Assembly (NCBI GenBank): GCA_965228475.1
Contig: OZ245817.1
Location: forward strand, 2,752,001-2,816,000
DNA from: Myxococcota bacterium
GTDB taxonomy: Bacteria; Myxococcota_A; UBA9160; JAFDDA01
Direction of reading: 5' to 3'
Length of the DNA stretch: 64,000 bases
Under the pieces are notes generated by a model. It was not told the origin of the DNA, did not search any database, and saw only the letters and a list, made by a program, of their open reading frames with translations. Of the stretch, positions 20,781 through 29,493 are shown in pieces. The position numbers and the translations under genes are program-made. Numbering within the stretch: the first letter of the stretch is position 1; the number at the start of each line of letters is the position of its first letter.

Positions 20781-21815
20781 CGCCAGGCACTGGTGGGTGA
20801 CGTACCACTCCCGGCCCTCGTCGAAGCCGAACAGCTCCGCACAGCCCATGAAGAAGAGCCGCCAGCGCCCGAGCCAGCGCCGCGCCTCCGGCCCGTAGGT
20901 CTCGCGGAAGACGGGCTCGAGGCGGGCCGCCGCCGCATCGAGACGGGCCAGCCAGGCGTTCGAGGTCTTCTCGTAGTGGCGCCCGTCGACGGACCAGCGC
21001 TCCTCGACGGCGAGGTGCTCGTCGAACCGCGAGAGCAGATCCTCGGAGGGCATCATCCCGCCGGTGAAGAAGTGCCGGGCCATCCAGTCGCTCTCGTCGC
21101 GAATCTCGTAGGGATAGGCCGAGCGCGCGTGACAGAAGTGGTGGACGAAGAGCCGCCCCTCGGGCTCGAGCCAGCCGGCGATGCGCTCGAGCAGGCGCGG
21201 CCAGTTCCGCATGTGCTCGAACATCTCGACCGAGACGATGCGGTCGAAGACGCCCGCGCCCCCGAACGTGTTCATGTCCGCAGTCAGGACCTCGACCTCG
21301 ACGCCCCGGCGCGCCGCCTCCTCGAGGATGTGCTCGCGCTGCGGCTTCGAGTTCGAGACCGCCGTGACGCGGCAGCCGGGCATCTTCTCGGCGCAATAGA
21401 GCGAGAAGGAGCCCCAGCCGCAGCCGAGGTCGAGCACCCGCATGCCGTCGGCGACGCCGGCGCGCTCGAGCGTGCGCGCGAGCATGGCTTCCTCGGCGGC
21501 CGCGAGATCGCCCTGCCCCGGCTCGAACCAGGAGCCGCTGTACTTCAGGCGCGGTCCGAGCACCTCGCGGAAGAAGGCCGGCGGCACCTCGTAGTGCTGG
21601 GCGTTGGCGTGGTCGGGCACGAGCGCGATCGGGCTCGCCGGGAGCGTCGCGACGAAGCGGTCCGTCTCGGCCGCGCCCTCGCGGGCCGCCCGCTCGGCGC
21701 GGCCGGCCACCATGTGGCGAACGCCGGCGCGCAGGGCCGCGTCCGGCAGCCAGCCGTGCTCGGCGGCGTGGATCAGGGAAGGAAGCAGCGGTCGGACGAG
21801 GCGGTCTGCGATCAC
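20766..21815 (-). CDS. SAM-dependent methyltransferase, cyclopropane-fatty-acyl-phospholipid synthase family
   Basis: Motifs ANAQHYEVP, LGPRLKYS, VLDLGCGWGS, SVEMFEHMRN and FFTGGMMPS. Confidence 0.9.
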   Translation of the reverse strand: MIADRLVRPLLPSLIHAAEHGWLPDAALRAGVRHMVAGRAERAAREGAAETDRFVATLPASPIALVPDHANAQHYEVPPAFFREVLGPRLKYSGSWFEPGQGDLAAAEEAMLARTLERAGVADGMRVLDLGCGWGSFSLYCAEKMPGCRVTAVSNSKPQREHILEEAARRGVEVEVLTADMNTFGGAGVFDRIVSVEMFEHMRNWPRLLERIAGWLEPEGRLFVHHFCHARSAYPYEIRDESDWMARHFFTGGMMPSEDLLSRFDEHLAVEERWSVDGRHYEKTSNAWLARLDAAAARLEPVFRETYGPEARRWLGRWRLFFMGCAELFGFDEGREWYVTHQCLAPRRR

Positions 21816-21865
21816 GGAGAACCCTCCGCTCCGTAGCAAAGCCCGTGCTGGCGGATTGGCAAGCG

Positions 21866-22195
21866 CTAGGCCGCTTCGAAGAAGCGGCGCAGGAGCGCGG
21901 TCAGCTCCTCGTCGGTCCCGTAGACCTCTTCGACGCGCTCGCTGTGGACCAGGGCGTTCACCGTCCGTTTGAGGAGCTTCTTCAGGGAGTTCGCCTCGAT
22001 GGCGGCGGCGGTGAGCTCGGCCACCAGGGCGGCGATGTTGCCGTCCTCGACCTCGATGATCTCCTTGGCCCGAAGCGCCTGGACCGCCTCGTCGAGGGCC
22101 GCGGAGACCGTCTTCTCGAACTCCGTCGGCTCCTGGGGCTCCTCCTCCGGCAGCCCCAGCAGGGCCTTCAGCGGGAACTCGGAATCTTCGCTCAA
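21866..22195 (-). CDS. Small acidic helical hypothetical protein
   Basis: TTG start with GAGGGGG RBS; ends VEEVYGTDEELTALLRRFFEAA; codon usage is coding-like. Confidence 0.7.
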   Translation of the reverse strand: MSEDSEFPLKALLGLPEEEPQEPTEFEKTVSAALDEAVQALRAKEIIEVEDGNIAALVAELTAAAIEANSLKKLLKRTVNALVHSERVEEVYGTDEELTALLRRFFEAA

Positions 22196-22265
22196 CGGAT
22201 CACCCCCTCGGCCACCACAGTAGGTGCATCCCGCCCCTGGAGCCAGCTTTCCCCGGCGAAGCGCT

Positions 22266-22880
22266 TCAGTGGGCCGCCGGCGCGGGCTCGAGCATCGACT
22301 CGAGGAACGCCCGGGTCTCGGCCGCGTCCCAGGGCACGGGGCCGCCGCCGTAGGCGACGATCCGCCCGGCGGCGTCGGCCACGAAGGCCGCCGGAATCCC
22401 GGTGATGCCGAGCGCCTGGAAGTTCGCCTTCTGCGAATCGAGGTACGGGCGGAGGTGGTGGAGCCCTCGGCCCGCGAGGTAGCGAGCCGGCACCTCGATG
22501 CCGCCGTCGTCGATCGAGAGCGCGACGACGGGCATGCGGCCCGCGAAGGCCGCCGCGAGACGGTCGAGCTTCGGCATCTCCTTCGCGCAGACGCCGCACC
22601 AGGTCGCCCAGAGCACGACCAGGACCGGCCGCCCCTGGAACTCGACGAGCCCCCGCTCGAGCACCGTCCCGTCGTCCTGGAGCTCTTCGAGGACGTAGCT
22701 CGGCAGCTCGGCGCCGGGCGGCACCGCGCGCAGCGGTTTCGGGGCGCGCGCGGAACCGGCGAAGCTCGCCGCGGCGAGGAAGCCGCCCACCACGACGAGG
22801 AGCGTGGCACTGCGGCGCCAGGGGAAGCGCTGGCGCGTGGGCGGGGGATCCGGCCTGGCGGTCGAGTGAGCGGAAGTCAT
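22266..22880 (-). CDS. TlpA/ResA-like thiol:disulfide oxidoreductase
   Basis: WATWCGVCAKEMP (CxxC), cis-Pro motif GIP, and an N-terminal anchor. Confidence 0.9.
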   Translation of the reverse strand: MTSAHSTARPDPPPTRQRFPWRRSATLLVVVGGFLAAASFAGSARAPKPLRAVPPGAELPSYVLEELQDDGTVLERGLVEFQGRPVLVVLWATWCGVCAKEMPKLDRLAAAFAGRMPVVALSIDDGGIEVPARYLAGRGLHHLRPYLDSQKANFQALGITGIPAAFVADAAGRIVAYGGGPVPWDAAETRAFLESMLEPAPAAH

Positions 22881-22935
22881 GGACCGCCAGAGCCTACTGA
22901 AACCCTGCGCGCGGATCGAAAGCGGGCGGAGCGGG

Positions 22936-23745
22936 TCAGCCCCGGCCCGCGCCCTTCCCGCCGAGGGCCCCCTCGACGAAGGCGTGGCTCGTCAGCGCTT
23001 CGGCGAAGAACCCGTGGCTCCCGGCGTCGAGCAGCTCGCGCCCGGCGGCGACGACCGCCGCCTGGGCCGCCTTCGCGATCGCGCCGCCCGTGGAGATCCG
23101 CGTCACCCCGGCTTCGAAGAGCTCCGCGATCGACGGCCCGCCCGGCAGGATCAGGCCGTTCAACGGGAGGTCCACGGCGGCTCGGACGGAACGGAAGTCG
23201 TCGAGGCTCCGCAGCCCGGGCGCGTAGAGGACGTCGGCGCCCGCCTCCTGGTAGGCCTCGAGGCGCGCGATCGTGTCGGCCAGGTCCGGGTTGCCGCGGA
23301 TGTGGTTCTCGGCGCGCGCCGTCAGCACGAGCGGCGCGGCGTGCGCACGGTTCACCTCGACCGCCGCCCGGATGTGCTCGGCGGCGCGCTCGGGCTCGTA
23401 GAGTTCGCTGCCGCTCCAGTCTTCGATCGAGCATCCGGCGAGCCCGGTCTCGAGCGCGGCGCGGAGGGTCTCCGCCGCATCCTTGGCCTCGTCCCCGAAG
23501 CCGTGCTCGAGGTCCGCACTCACCGGGAGCGGCGTCGCGCCGACGATCTCCTCGGCGTGGCCGAGCGCCTCCTCCCGTGTCATGTCTCCGTCGAGCCGCC
23601 CGAGCGCGTTGGCGTAGCCGGAGCTCGTCGTCGCGAGCGCCGGGAAGCCGAGCGCGGCCAGGATCTTCGCGGAGCCGCGATCCCAGGGGTTCGGCATGAT
23701 GAAGGGGGCTTCGTGAAGGGCGCGGAAGACGTCTCGGGATTCCAT
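22936..23745 (-). CDS. Isocitrate lyase/PEP mutase family protein
   Basis: Motifs MPNPWD.GSAK, ATTSSG, PVSADLEHGFG, GCSIED, LTARAEN and AGADVLYAPG. Confidence 0.9.
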   Translation of the reverse strand: MESRDVFRALHEAPFIMPNPWDRGSAKILAALGFPALATTSSGYANALGRLDGDMTREEALGHAEEIVGATPLPVSADLEHGFGDEAKDAAETLRAALETGLAGCSIEDWSGSELYEPERAAEHIRAAVEVNRAHAAPLVLTARAENHIRGNPDLADTIARLEAYQEAGADVLYAPGLRSLDDFRSVRAAVDLPLNGLILPGGPSIAELFEAGVTRISTGGAIAKAAQAAVVAAGRELLDAGSHGFFAEALTSHAFVEGALGGKGAGRG

Positions 23746-23867
23746 GGCGGGCTCTCCGGGGCACGGTGTGGGAACGGAGCGGAGAGTCGCGCAGAATCGA
23801 TCGCGCGACTGGCTCCAATCGGACGTGGATCTCGCGGGCCAATCGTGGAGCCGTCGGCTCGCGGCGG

Positions 23868-24551
23868 CTACATGACCTCGTGCTTGCGAAAGGCGTCGAC
23901 CACGCTGCCGCCCGCCTCGATCTCCTCGCGCACCTTCTCCTCCCGGCGCGCCTTCGCGAGCGCGCGCTGGAGGATCTCCTCCTCCGCCTCGTGGGGAATG
24001 ATGCAGACGCCGTCGTCGTCGCCGAAGACGAGGTCGCCGGGCCGCACGCGCACGCCCCCCACCCGGATCGAGCAGCGGAAGTCGACCACGTTGTGGCGGC
24101 CCTGGAGGCCGTAGGCGTAGGCGCCCCGCGCGAAGACCGGGATGTCGACGGCCCGGATGCCGCGGACGTCGCGGACGTTGGCGTTCAGCACGATCCCCGC
24201 CGCGCCGCGCTTCGCGATGCGCAGGGTCAGCATGTCGCCGAGGCGCGCCGCGTAGGTCGGGCAACCCGTCGCGATGTAGACCTCCCCCGGCGCGAGGTCC
24301 TCGATCGACTCGAACATCAGTCCGAAGGGCTTGGCATCGAAGCGGCCGGGGGCGCCGTGGGGCAAGGGCGGATCGTCCTGCACGGGCATGGCGCGGCCGA
24401 TCATCACACGGCCGCCGGTGAGGGTTCCGATCTCGTGGGGCAGCATCGGCTTGCGGAAGCCGAGCTGTTCCATGACGTCGCTCACCGGGCAGGTCGAGAG
24501 CTCGGCCCGCATGAGCGCGAAGAGCTCCTCGTCCGTCTTCGGGTGGGTCAC
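23868..24551 (-). CDS. RraA family protein (HMG/CHA aldolase-like)
   Basis: Motifs SDVMEQLG, GDMLT..RGAAGIV..VRD and VRPGDLVFGDDDGVCIIP. Confidence 0.9.
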   Translation of the reverse strand: MTHPKTDEELFALMRAELSTCPVSDVMEQLGFRKPMLPHEIGTLTGGRVMIGRAMPVQDDPPLPHGAPGRFDAKPFGLMFESIEDLAPGEVYIATGCPTYAARLGDMLTLRIAKRGAAGIVLNANVRDVRGIRAVDIPVFARGAYAYGLQGRHNVVDFRCSIRVGGVRVRPGDLVFGDDDGVCIIPHEAEEEILQRALAKARREEKVREEIEAGGSVVDAFRKHEVM

Positions 24552-24554
24552 GCG

Positions 24555-25424
24555 CTAGGCCGCCGGCGTCATGCGCAGCGGCTTGCGCACGCGGTTGTGG
24601 CCGTGGCGATCCTCGCCGGCCACGAGCACCGAGGCGTAGCGGTCGAGATCGAGCTCCTCGCCGAAGTGCTGAAAGGAATCCCGCCCGGGATACACCTGCA
24701 CCTCCGCGGGCACGAAGCGCGTCGCCCAGCCGAAGCGGACCGAGGACTTGCTCGTGTTCGGATGGGAGCCGTGCAGGCAGCGCGACGTGAAGACGAAGAA
24801 CTGCCCGGCCTTCACCTCCATGTGGACCGTGCCGTCCTCGTCCGCCTCCCAGTTCGGATCGAGCTTCAGGCGGTCCCAGTCGTAGCCGTAGAAGCCGACG
24901 CCGGCGTCGGGCTCGAAGGGGATGTTGCGCTTCTCGTCGAAGTACCACGTGCGGTGCGTGCCGGGCTTCAGTTTGAAGCAGCCGTTCTCGCGCGTGGCGT
25001 CCGTCATCGCGATCCAGGCCGTGAGTTCCCAGGGCTCCGCGCGCCCGGGGGGCGGCACGAGCTTCTCGGTGCCCTCGAACTCGACGAAGCTCTGGGCCTG
25101 GTGCCAGTCCGTGCCGGCGTTGCCCGGGTACTTCGGGAACCACTCGGTGCGCCAGCACAGGACGTCGGGGCCGAGGATGCTCGTCAGCCGGTCCACCAGG
25201 CGCGGGTGGCTGATCATCTCGTCGAGGGCCGGGACGTCGAGATGACGGTCGTAGTTCAGCCGGCTCTTCGGGAACGGCGCGTCGTCCTTGCGCAGAAGGT
25301 CGACCCGGAGCCGGGACCAGATCCGCTTCATCTCCTCCGGCTCGTAGAGGGTGAAGGGGCCGGCGAAGCCGTTCGCGTGGAAGGCCTCCTTCTCGGCGTC
25401 GGAAAGGTGGAATCGCTCACTCAT
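24555..25424 (-). CDS. Non-heme Fe(II)/2-oxoglutarate halogenase (SyrB2/BarB/CmaB-type chlorinating enzyme)
   Basis: NYDRHLD and CWRTEWFPKYPGNAGTDWHQA match SyrB2-family motifs. The H-Q-A triad (Ala in place of Asp/Glu) is at 25095-25103, and the distal His is in LHGSHPN. Confidence 0.88.
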   Translation of the reverse strand: MSERFHLSDAEKEAFHANGFAGPFTLYEPEEMKRIWSRLRVDLLRKDDAPFPKSRLNYDRHLDVPALDEMISHPRLVDRLTSILGPDVLCWRTEWFPKYPGNAGTDWHQAQSFVEFEGTEKLVPPPGRAEPWELTAWIAMTDATRENGCFKLKPGTHRTWYFDEKRNIPFEPDAGVGFYGYDWDRLKLDPNWEADEDGTVHMEVKAGQFFVFTSRCLHGSHPNTSKSSVRFGWATRFVPAEVQVYPGRDSFQHFGEELDLDRYASVLVAGEDRHGHNRVRKPLRMTPAA

Positions 25425-27243
25425 GGGAGGCTCCCGTTTCGCCCTGCTGATCGAGGATCGCCCGCGCGATCCCCTCGGCCGACGAGGTTTCTTCTTCGAA
25501 GAAGAGCCGCGGGTCGAGTACGACGCCGGCCTCCGCTTCCAACTGTTCGAGCACCTCGACGAGGTTCAGCGAGTTGCCGCCGACGTCGAGAAAGAGCCCC
25601 TCCGGGCCGATCCCCTCGACCCCGATCACCCGCTGGTAGATCCCGAGGACCGTCGCCGTCGTCCGGCGGAGCTCGGCCTCGGCGGCTTCGTCGCCGCCCC
25701 CGACGCGGCCCTCGAGGATCACGGTGAGGAGCTTGCGGTCCGTCTTGCCCGAAGAGAGCTGGGGGAACTCCCCGAGGATCTCGATGTGGCGGGGGATCAT
25801 GTAGGCCGGCAGCTCCTCGGCGAGCCGCTGCGCGATCCGTTCGCGCGGGACCTGGTGCCCCGGGTCGAGCAGGACGCCCGCCGCGAGGATCTTGCCTTCG
25901 TAGGCGGACTCGAGCGCCACGACCTCGGCCGCATGGACGTGGGGAACGCTGCAGATCACGCGCTGGATCTCGTTCGTGTGAACCCGGTAGCCGCCGAGGT
26001 TGACCTCGGCGTCGCGCCGTCCCTGGTAGAGCAGGCTCCCGTCCTCGAGCCAGGTGCAGACGTCTCCGGTGCGGTAGCAGCGCACGCCCTCGAACTCGAC
26101 GAGACGTGCGGCGGTCTCCTCGGGGAGCTTCCAGTAGCCGTCCATGACCTGGCTCCCGGCGAGCAGCAGCTCGCCCGGACGGCCCGCGGTCTCGATGCGC
26201 TGCCCCTCGTCATCCACGAGGAAGGCCTCGACGTGGCGGAAGGGCTTCCCGATCGGATAGAGCGCCTCGCGCCCCGGCTCGCGCTCGCGGATCGGGTGGG
26301 CGGTGGCGGCGCAGGTCACCTCGGTCGGACCGTAGGCGTTCAGCACGGTCACGTGCTCGTTCTTGGCGAGCCAGCGCTGCACGGTCTTGACGTCGGGAAC
26401 GTCGGTCCCGGTGAGGATCGTCCGGAGATGCGGGAGGGGCGCGGAATCGAAGACCCGGGCCTGGGCGACGAGCCCGAGCATCCGGCCCCAGGCCGAGAAA
26501 TGGGTCACGTCGTTCGCGCGGATCGTCTCGAACAGGAGGTCCGGGAAGACGACGTCGTCGTGGAGGTGGACCGTCGCGCCCTCCGAGAGAGGGAAGAGCA
26601 TGTCCATGAGGAACACGTCGAAGTGGAGCGGCGAGAAGCTCGCGCAGACGGCGCCCTCGCGGACGTCGTAGAACTCGCGCGTTCCCTCGAAGAAGTCGGG
26701 GAGACTGCCGTGGCGGATCACGACGCCCTTGGGCCGGCCCGTCGACCCGGAGGTGTAGATGCAGTAGGCCGGCGCCGCCGGATCGAAGGAGCCGTCGTCG
26801 GCCGGGCGCCCTGCGGAGGCCGGCGCCTCCTGCGCCCGCTCGAGCACCGCCGCGAGGTCTGCCTCGGCCAGGATCGGCGCCTCCGCGGGGAGCGCCTCGG
26901 CCACGCGCTCCCGCAGGCTCTCCTCGGTCACGACCACCGCGGGGGCGATCTCCTCGAGGATGTAGGCGAGGCGGGCCTCCGGCATGCGCGGGTCGAGGGG
27001 CACGTGGACCGCCCCGGCTTCGAAGGTGCCCAGGATCGCCGCCACGGTGACCGCCCGCCGGTTCGAGAGCAGGACGACCCGGTCGCCGTGCCGGCAGCCG
27101 AGCGCGAGGAGCCGTTCGGCGAAGGCGGCACTGAAGCGGTCGAGCGTGGCGTAGTCGATGCGGACGTTTCCGTCCGCGAGGGCACAGCGTTCGGGATGCG
27201 CCTCGGCCGTACTCTGGATCGACTGCAGCAGGGGGGTCCGCAT
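25417..27243 (-). CDS. Stand-alone NRPS adenylation-thiolation (A-T) didomain protein
   Basis: Motifs YTSGSTGRPKG (A3), FDV (A4), NAYGPTE (A5), YRTGD (A7) and SSGKTDR (A10); PCP motif FLDVGGNSL. Confidence 0.92.
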   Translation of the reverse strand: MRTPLLQSIQSTAEAHPERCALADGNVRIDYATLDRFSAAFAERLLALGCRHGDRVVLLSNRRAVTVAAILGTFEAGAVHVPLDPRMPEARLAYILEEIAPAVVVTEESLRERVAEALPAEAPILAEADLAAVLERAQEAPASAGRPADDGSFDPAAPAYCIYTSGSTGRPKGVVIRHGSLPDFFEGTREFYDVREGAVCASFSPLHFDVFLMDMLFPLSEGATVHLHDDVVFPDLLFETIRANDVTHFSAWGRMLGLVAQARVFDSAPLPHLRTILTGTDVPDVKTVQRWLAKNEHVTVLNAYGPTEVTCAATAHPIREREPGREALYPIGKPFRHVEAFLVDDEGQRIETAGRPGELLLAGSQVMDGYWKLPEETAARLVEFEGVRCYRTGDVCTWLEDGSLLYQGRRDAEVNLGGYRVHTNEIQRVICSVPHVHAAEVVALESAYEGKILAAGVLLDPGHQVPRERIAQRLAEELPAYMIPRHIEILGEFPQLSSGKTDRKLLTVILEGRVGGGDEAAEAELRRTTATVLGIYQRVIGVEGIGPEGLFLDVGGNSLNLVEVLEQLEAEAGVVLDPRLFFEEETSSAEGIARAILDQQGETGASHE

Positions 27244-27442
27244 CGGCTCGTGCCCTCGTCGTGGCGTCGGCCCAAAGTACCACCGGCGTCGGGCGCGCGG
27301 CAATCGCGACGCCGCGTGACGGCCCTGCGCGAGGCCCGCAACTCGGACGCAGAAAACACCGCCCGGACTCCCGTTCCCGGGCCGCGGCGCAGGGGCGCGC
27401 TAGCCTCGCGCCCGCGACGCCATCCATGGAGGCTGCGCCCAC

Positions 27443-27907
27443 GTGGAACGCCCGATCACGGGATTCGACCTCGACGAAGCGGGTCACTGGCGCGCCCAGC
27501 TCTCGTGCGGCCACCGCCAGCACGTCCGTCACCACCCGCCGTTCTCCGACCGCGGCTGGGTGCTGACCGAGGCCGGGCGCGGGTCGCGCCTCGCGACGCC
27601 GCTCGATTGCCCGAACTGCGACCGGAGTGAGCTTCCAGAAGAAGCCTCGGCCTACCGGGAGACGAAGCTCTTCACGCCCGAATCCGTTCCGAAGGGGCTC
27701 CTCGCCGAGCACTCGACGAAGGCCGGGGTCTGGGGCCGGATCCACGTCCGGGCGGGCACCGTCGAGTACTTCGTGGCCGGCGAGAACCCCCGCCACGAGA
27801 CCCTCACGCCGGGACGGCCGGGCGTGATCTGCCCGGAGGTCGAGCACCGGGTGGCACCGGGCGCTTCGAGCGAGTTCTTCGTCGAATTCCTGCGCGTCGC
27901 GGAGTAG
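27443..27907 (+). CDS. DUF3565-DUF1971 (TehB/YeaR-like cupin) fusion protein
   Basis: N-terminal GFDLDEAGHW.AQLSCGH.QHVRH.PP..CPNCD; C-terminal P.GLLAEHSTKAGVWG..H.V; GGAGG RBS. Confidence 0.85.
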   Translation: MERPITGFDLDEAGHWRAQLSCGHRQHVRHHPPFSDRGWVLTEAGRGSRLATPLDCPNCDRSELPEEASAYRETKLFTPESVPKGLLAEHSTKAGVWGRIHVRAGTVEYFVAGENPRHETLTPGRPGVICPEVEHRVAPGASSEFFVEFLRVAE

Positions 27908-28007
27908 CTCCGCGTCCCGTTTCCGGCCTGGAGCGGCCCCTGGAAGGGCCGACGCGGCCCGGTGTATCCTGATGCGAAGCCGGCACCCTGCCCCACCGGA
28001 GTCCGCC

Positions 28008-29384
28008 ATGCGCCCTGCTTCGTCCCGGTTCCGCCCCTTCCAACGCCGCCACGCCCCGGCCCTCGTCTTCGCCGTGGCTCTCGTCGCGCTCCCGGCGACG
28101 GCGGGGTACGTGATCTTCGGCAGCGGGGGCTTCGGCTCGAAGTGGGACGATCCCGTCCACGGCACGCCGGCCACGGTCACCTGGGGGTTCATGACGCCCG
28201 GGACGACCGTCGACCCGATGCACGACATCGCCGCGGAGGTCATCGGAGGGAGCGACGTCGCCTCCCTGCGCGCGACCTACGACGGAACCTACGGCGCGGG
28301 CGCCTTCGATGCCGCGCTCGGCCGCGCCTTCGCGACCTGGTCGACCCTCGCCGGGATCACCTTCGTCGGCCCGGTGGCGGACGGGGGCGGCGCCGTCGGC
28401 GCGGCGGGCGCGACGACCCCCGACATCCGCGTCGGGGCCTTCGCGCCGGTGCCGGGCTCCGGCTTCTCCTTCGTGGCCGGCGTCGGCTTCGGCCCGCCCG
28501 GCAACGACCTGCTCTTCCCCGACGCCCTGGCCGGCGACATCCTGTTGAACTCCGCGCAGACCTTCATCGAGCCGGTCGGCGCCGAGGGCGACCCGATCGG
28601 CATGCCCGGCAACGATCTCGAGAACCTCTTCCTCCACGAGCTCGGCCACGCGGCCATGGGTCTCGGCCACCCGGCCGAGGGCGTCGGCGACGTCATGTAC
28701 GTCGGCTTCGACTGCTGCGACCTGATCAACCGGGAACCCTCCCACGACGACATCACCGCCGCCCGCAGCGTCTACGGACTCTCGGCGACGCCGGCCTGCA
28801 GCGACGGCTTCGACGACGACGGCGACGGCCTCTACGACCTCGCCGACTCCGGCTGTGCGAGCGCGGCGGACACGAGCGAGCGCGGCCCCGGCCTCGCCTG
28901 CGACGACGGCATCGACGACGACCTCGACACGATCGCGGACTTCCCGAACGATCCGGGCTGCCTCTCCCGCACGGACCCGGACGAGACCGACCCGAACCTT
29001 CCGTGCGACGACGGCATCGACAACGACTCGGACGGCCTCATCGACGCGGGCTTCGACCCCGCCTGCTCGAGCGGGAACCCGGCCGTGCCGGACCCGACCG
29101 TCGGCGTCGAAGCGTCGGCCTGCCAGGACGGCTTCGACAACGACGTCGACGGCAAGAAGGACTTCGACGGCGGCCAATCGATCCACGGCGCCTGCGGGGG
29201 CGGCTCCTGCCCGCCCGGCGTGAGCGACACGGATCTCGACGGCGTCGCCGACCCGGACCCGGAGTGCGTGGACCGGGCCTGGGCGACGAAGGAGAAGGCC
29301 TCCTGCGGCCTCGGCTTCGAGGTCCTCGTGCTGATCTCGCCGTTGCTCTGGCTGCGCGGGCGGCGCCTGCGCCGAGAGCGCTGA
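28008..29384 (+). CDS. Secreted matrixin-like (metzincin) metalloprotease with Cys/Asp Ca-binding repeats and C-terminal TM tail
   Basis: Signal peptide; HELGHAAMGLGH plus Met-turn VMY; four C-x-DG-x-D(D/N)D-x-D repeats; ends CGLGFEVLVLISPLLWLRGRRLRRER. Confidence 0.85.
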   Translation: MRPASSRFRPFQRRHAPALVFAVALVALPATAGYVIFGSGGFGSKWDDPVHGTPATVTWGFMTPGTTVDPMHDIAAEVIGGSDVASLRATYDGTYGAGAFDAALGRAFATWSTLAGITFVGPVADGGGAVGAAGATTPDIRVGAFAPVPGSGFSFVAGVGFGPPGNDLLFPDALAGDILLNSAQTFIEPVGAEGDPIGMPGNDLENLFLHELGHAAMGLGHPAEGVGDVMYVGFDCCDLINREPSHDDITAARSVYGLSATPACSDGFDDDGDGLYDLADSGCASAADTSERGPGLACDDGIDDDLDTIADFPNDPGCLSRTDPDETDPNLPCDDGIDNDSDGLIDAGFDPACSSGNPAVPDPTVGVEASACQDGFDNDVDGKKDFDGGQSIHGACGGGSCPPGVSDTDLDGVADPDPECVDRAWATKEKASCGLGFEVLVLISPLLWLRGRRLRRER

Positions 29385-29493
29385 GCCCCGCCCGGCGGAC
29401 GACCCGCGCCGAGTTCGACCGCGACGGGCCGCGGCCGGCCCTGGCGGCACGCTCCCGGCGGATCCCCCCGACGAAAGTCGATAGGCTCCGGGC

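Noticed and set aside
22936..23745. True PEP mutase indicating phosphonate biosynthesis
   Set aside because: It lacks the EDKxxxxxNS signature of PepM (reads IEDWSGSELY), and no phosphonate pathway genes are adjacent.
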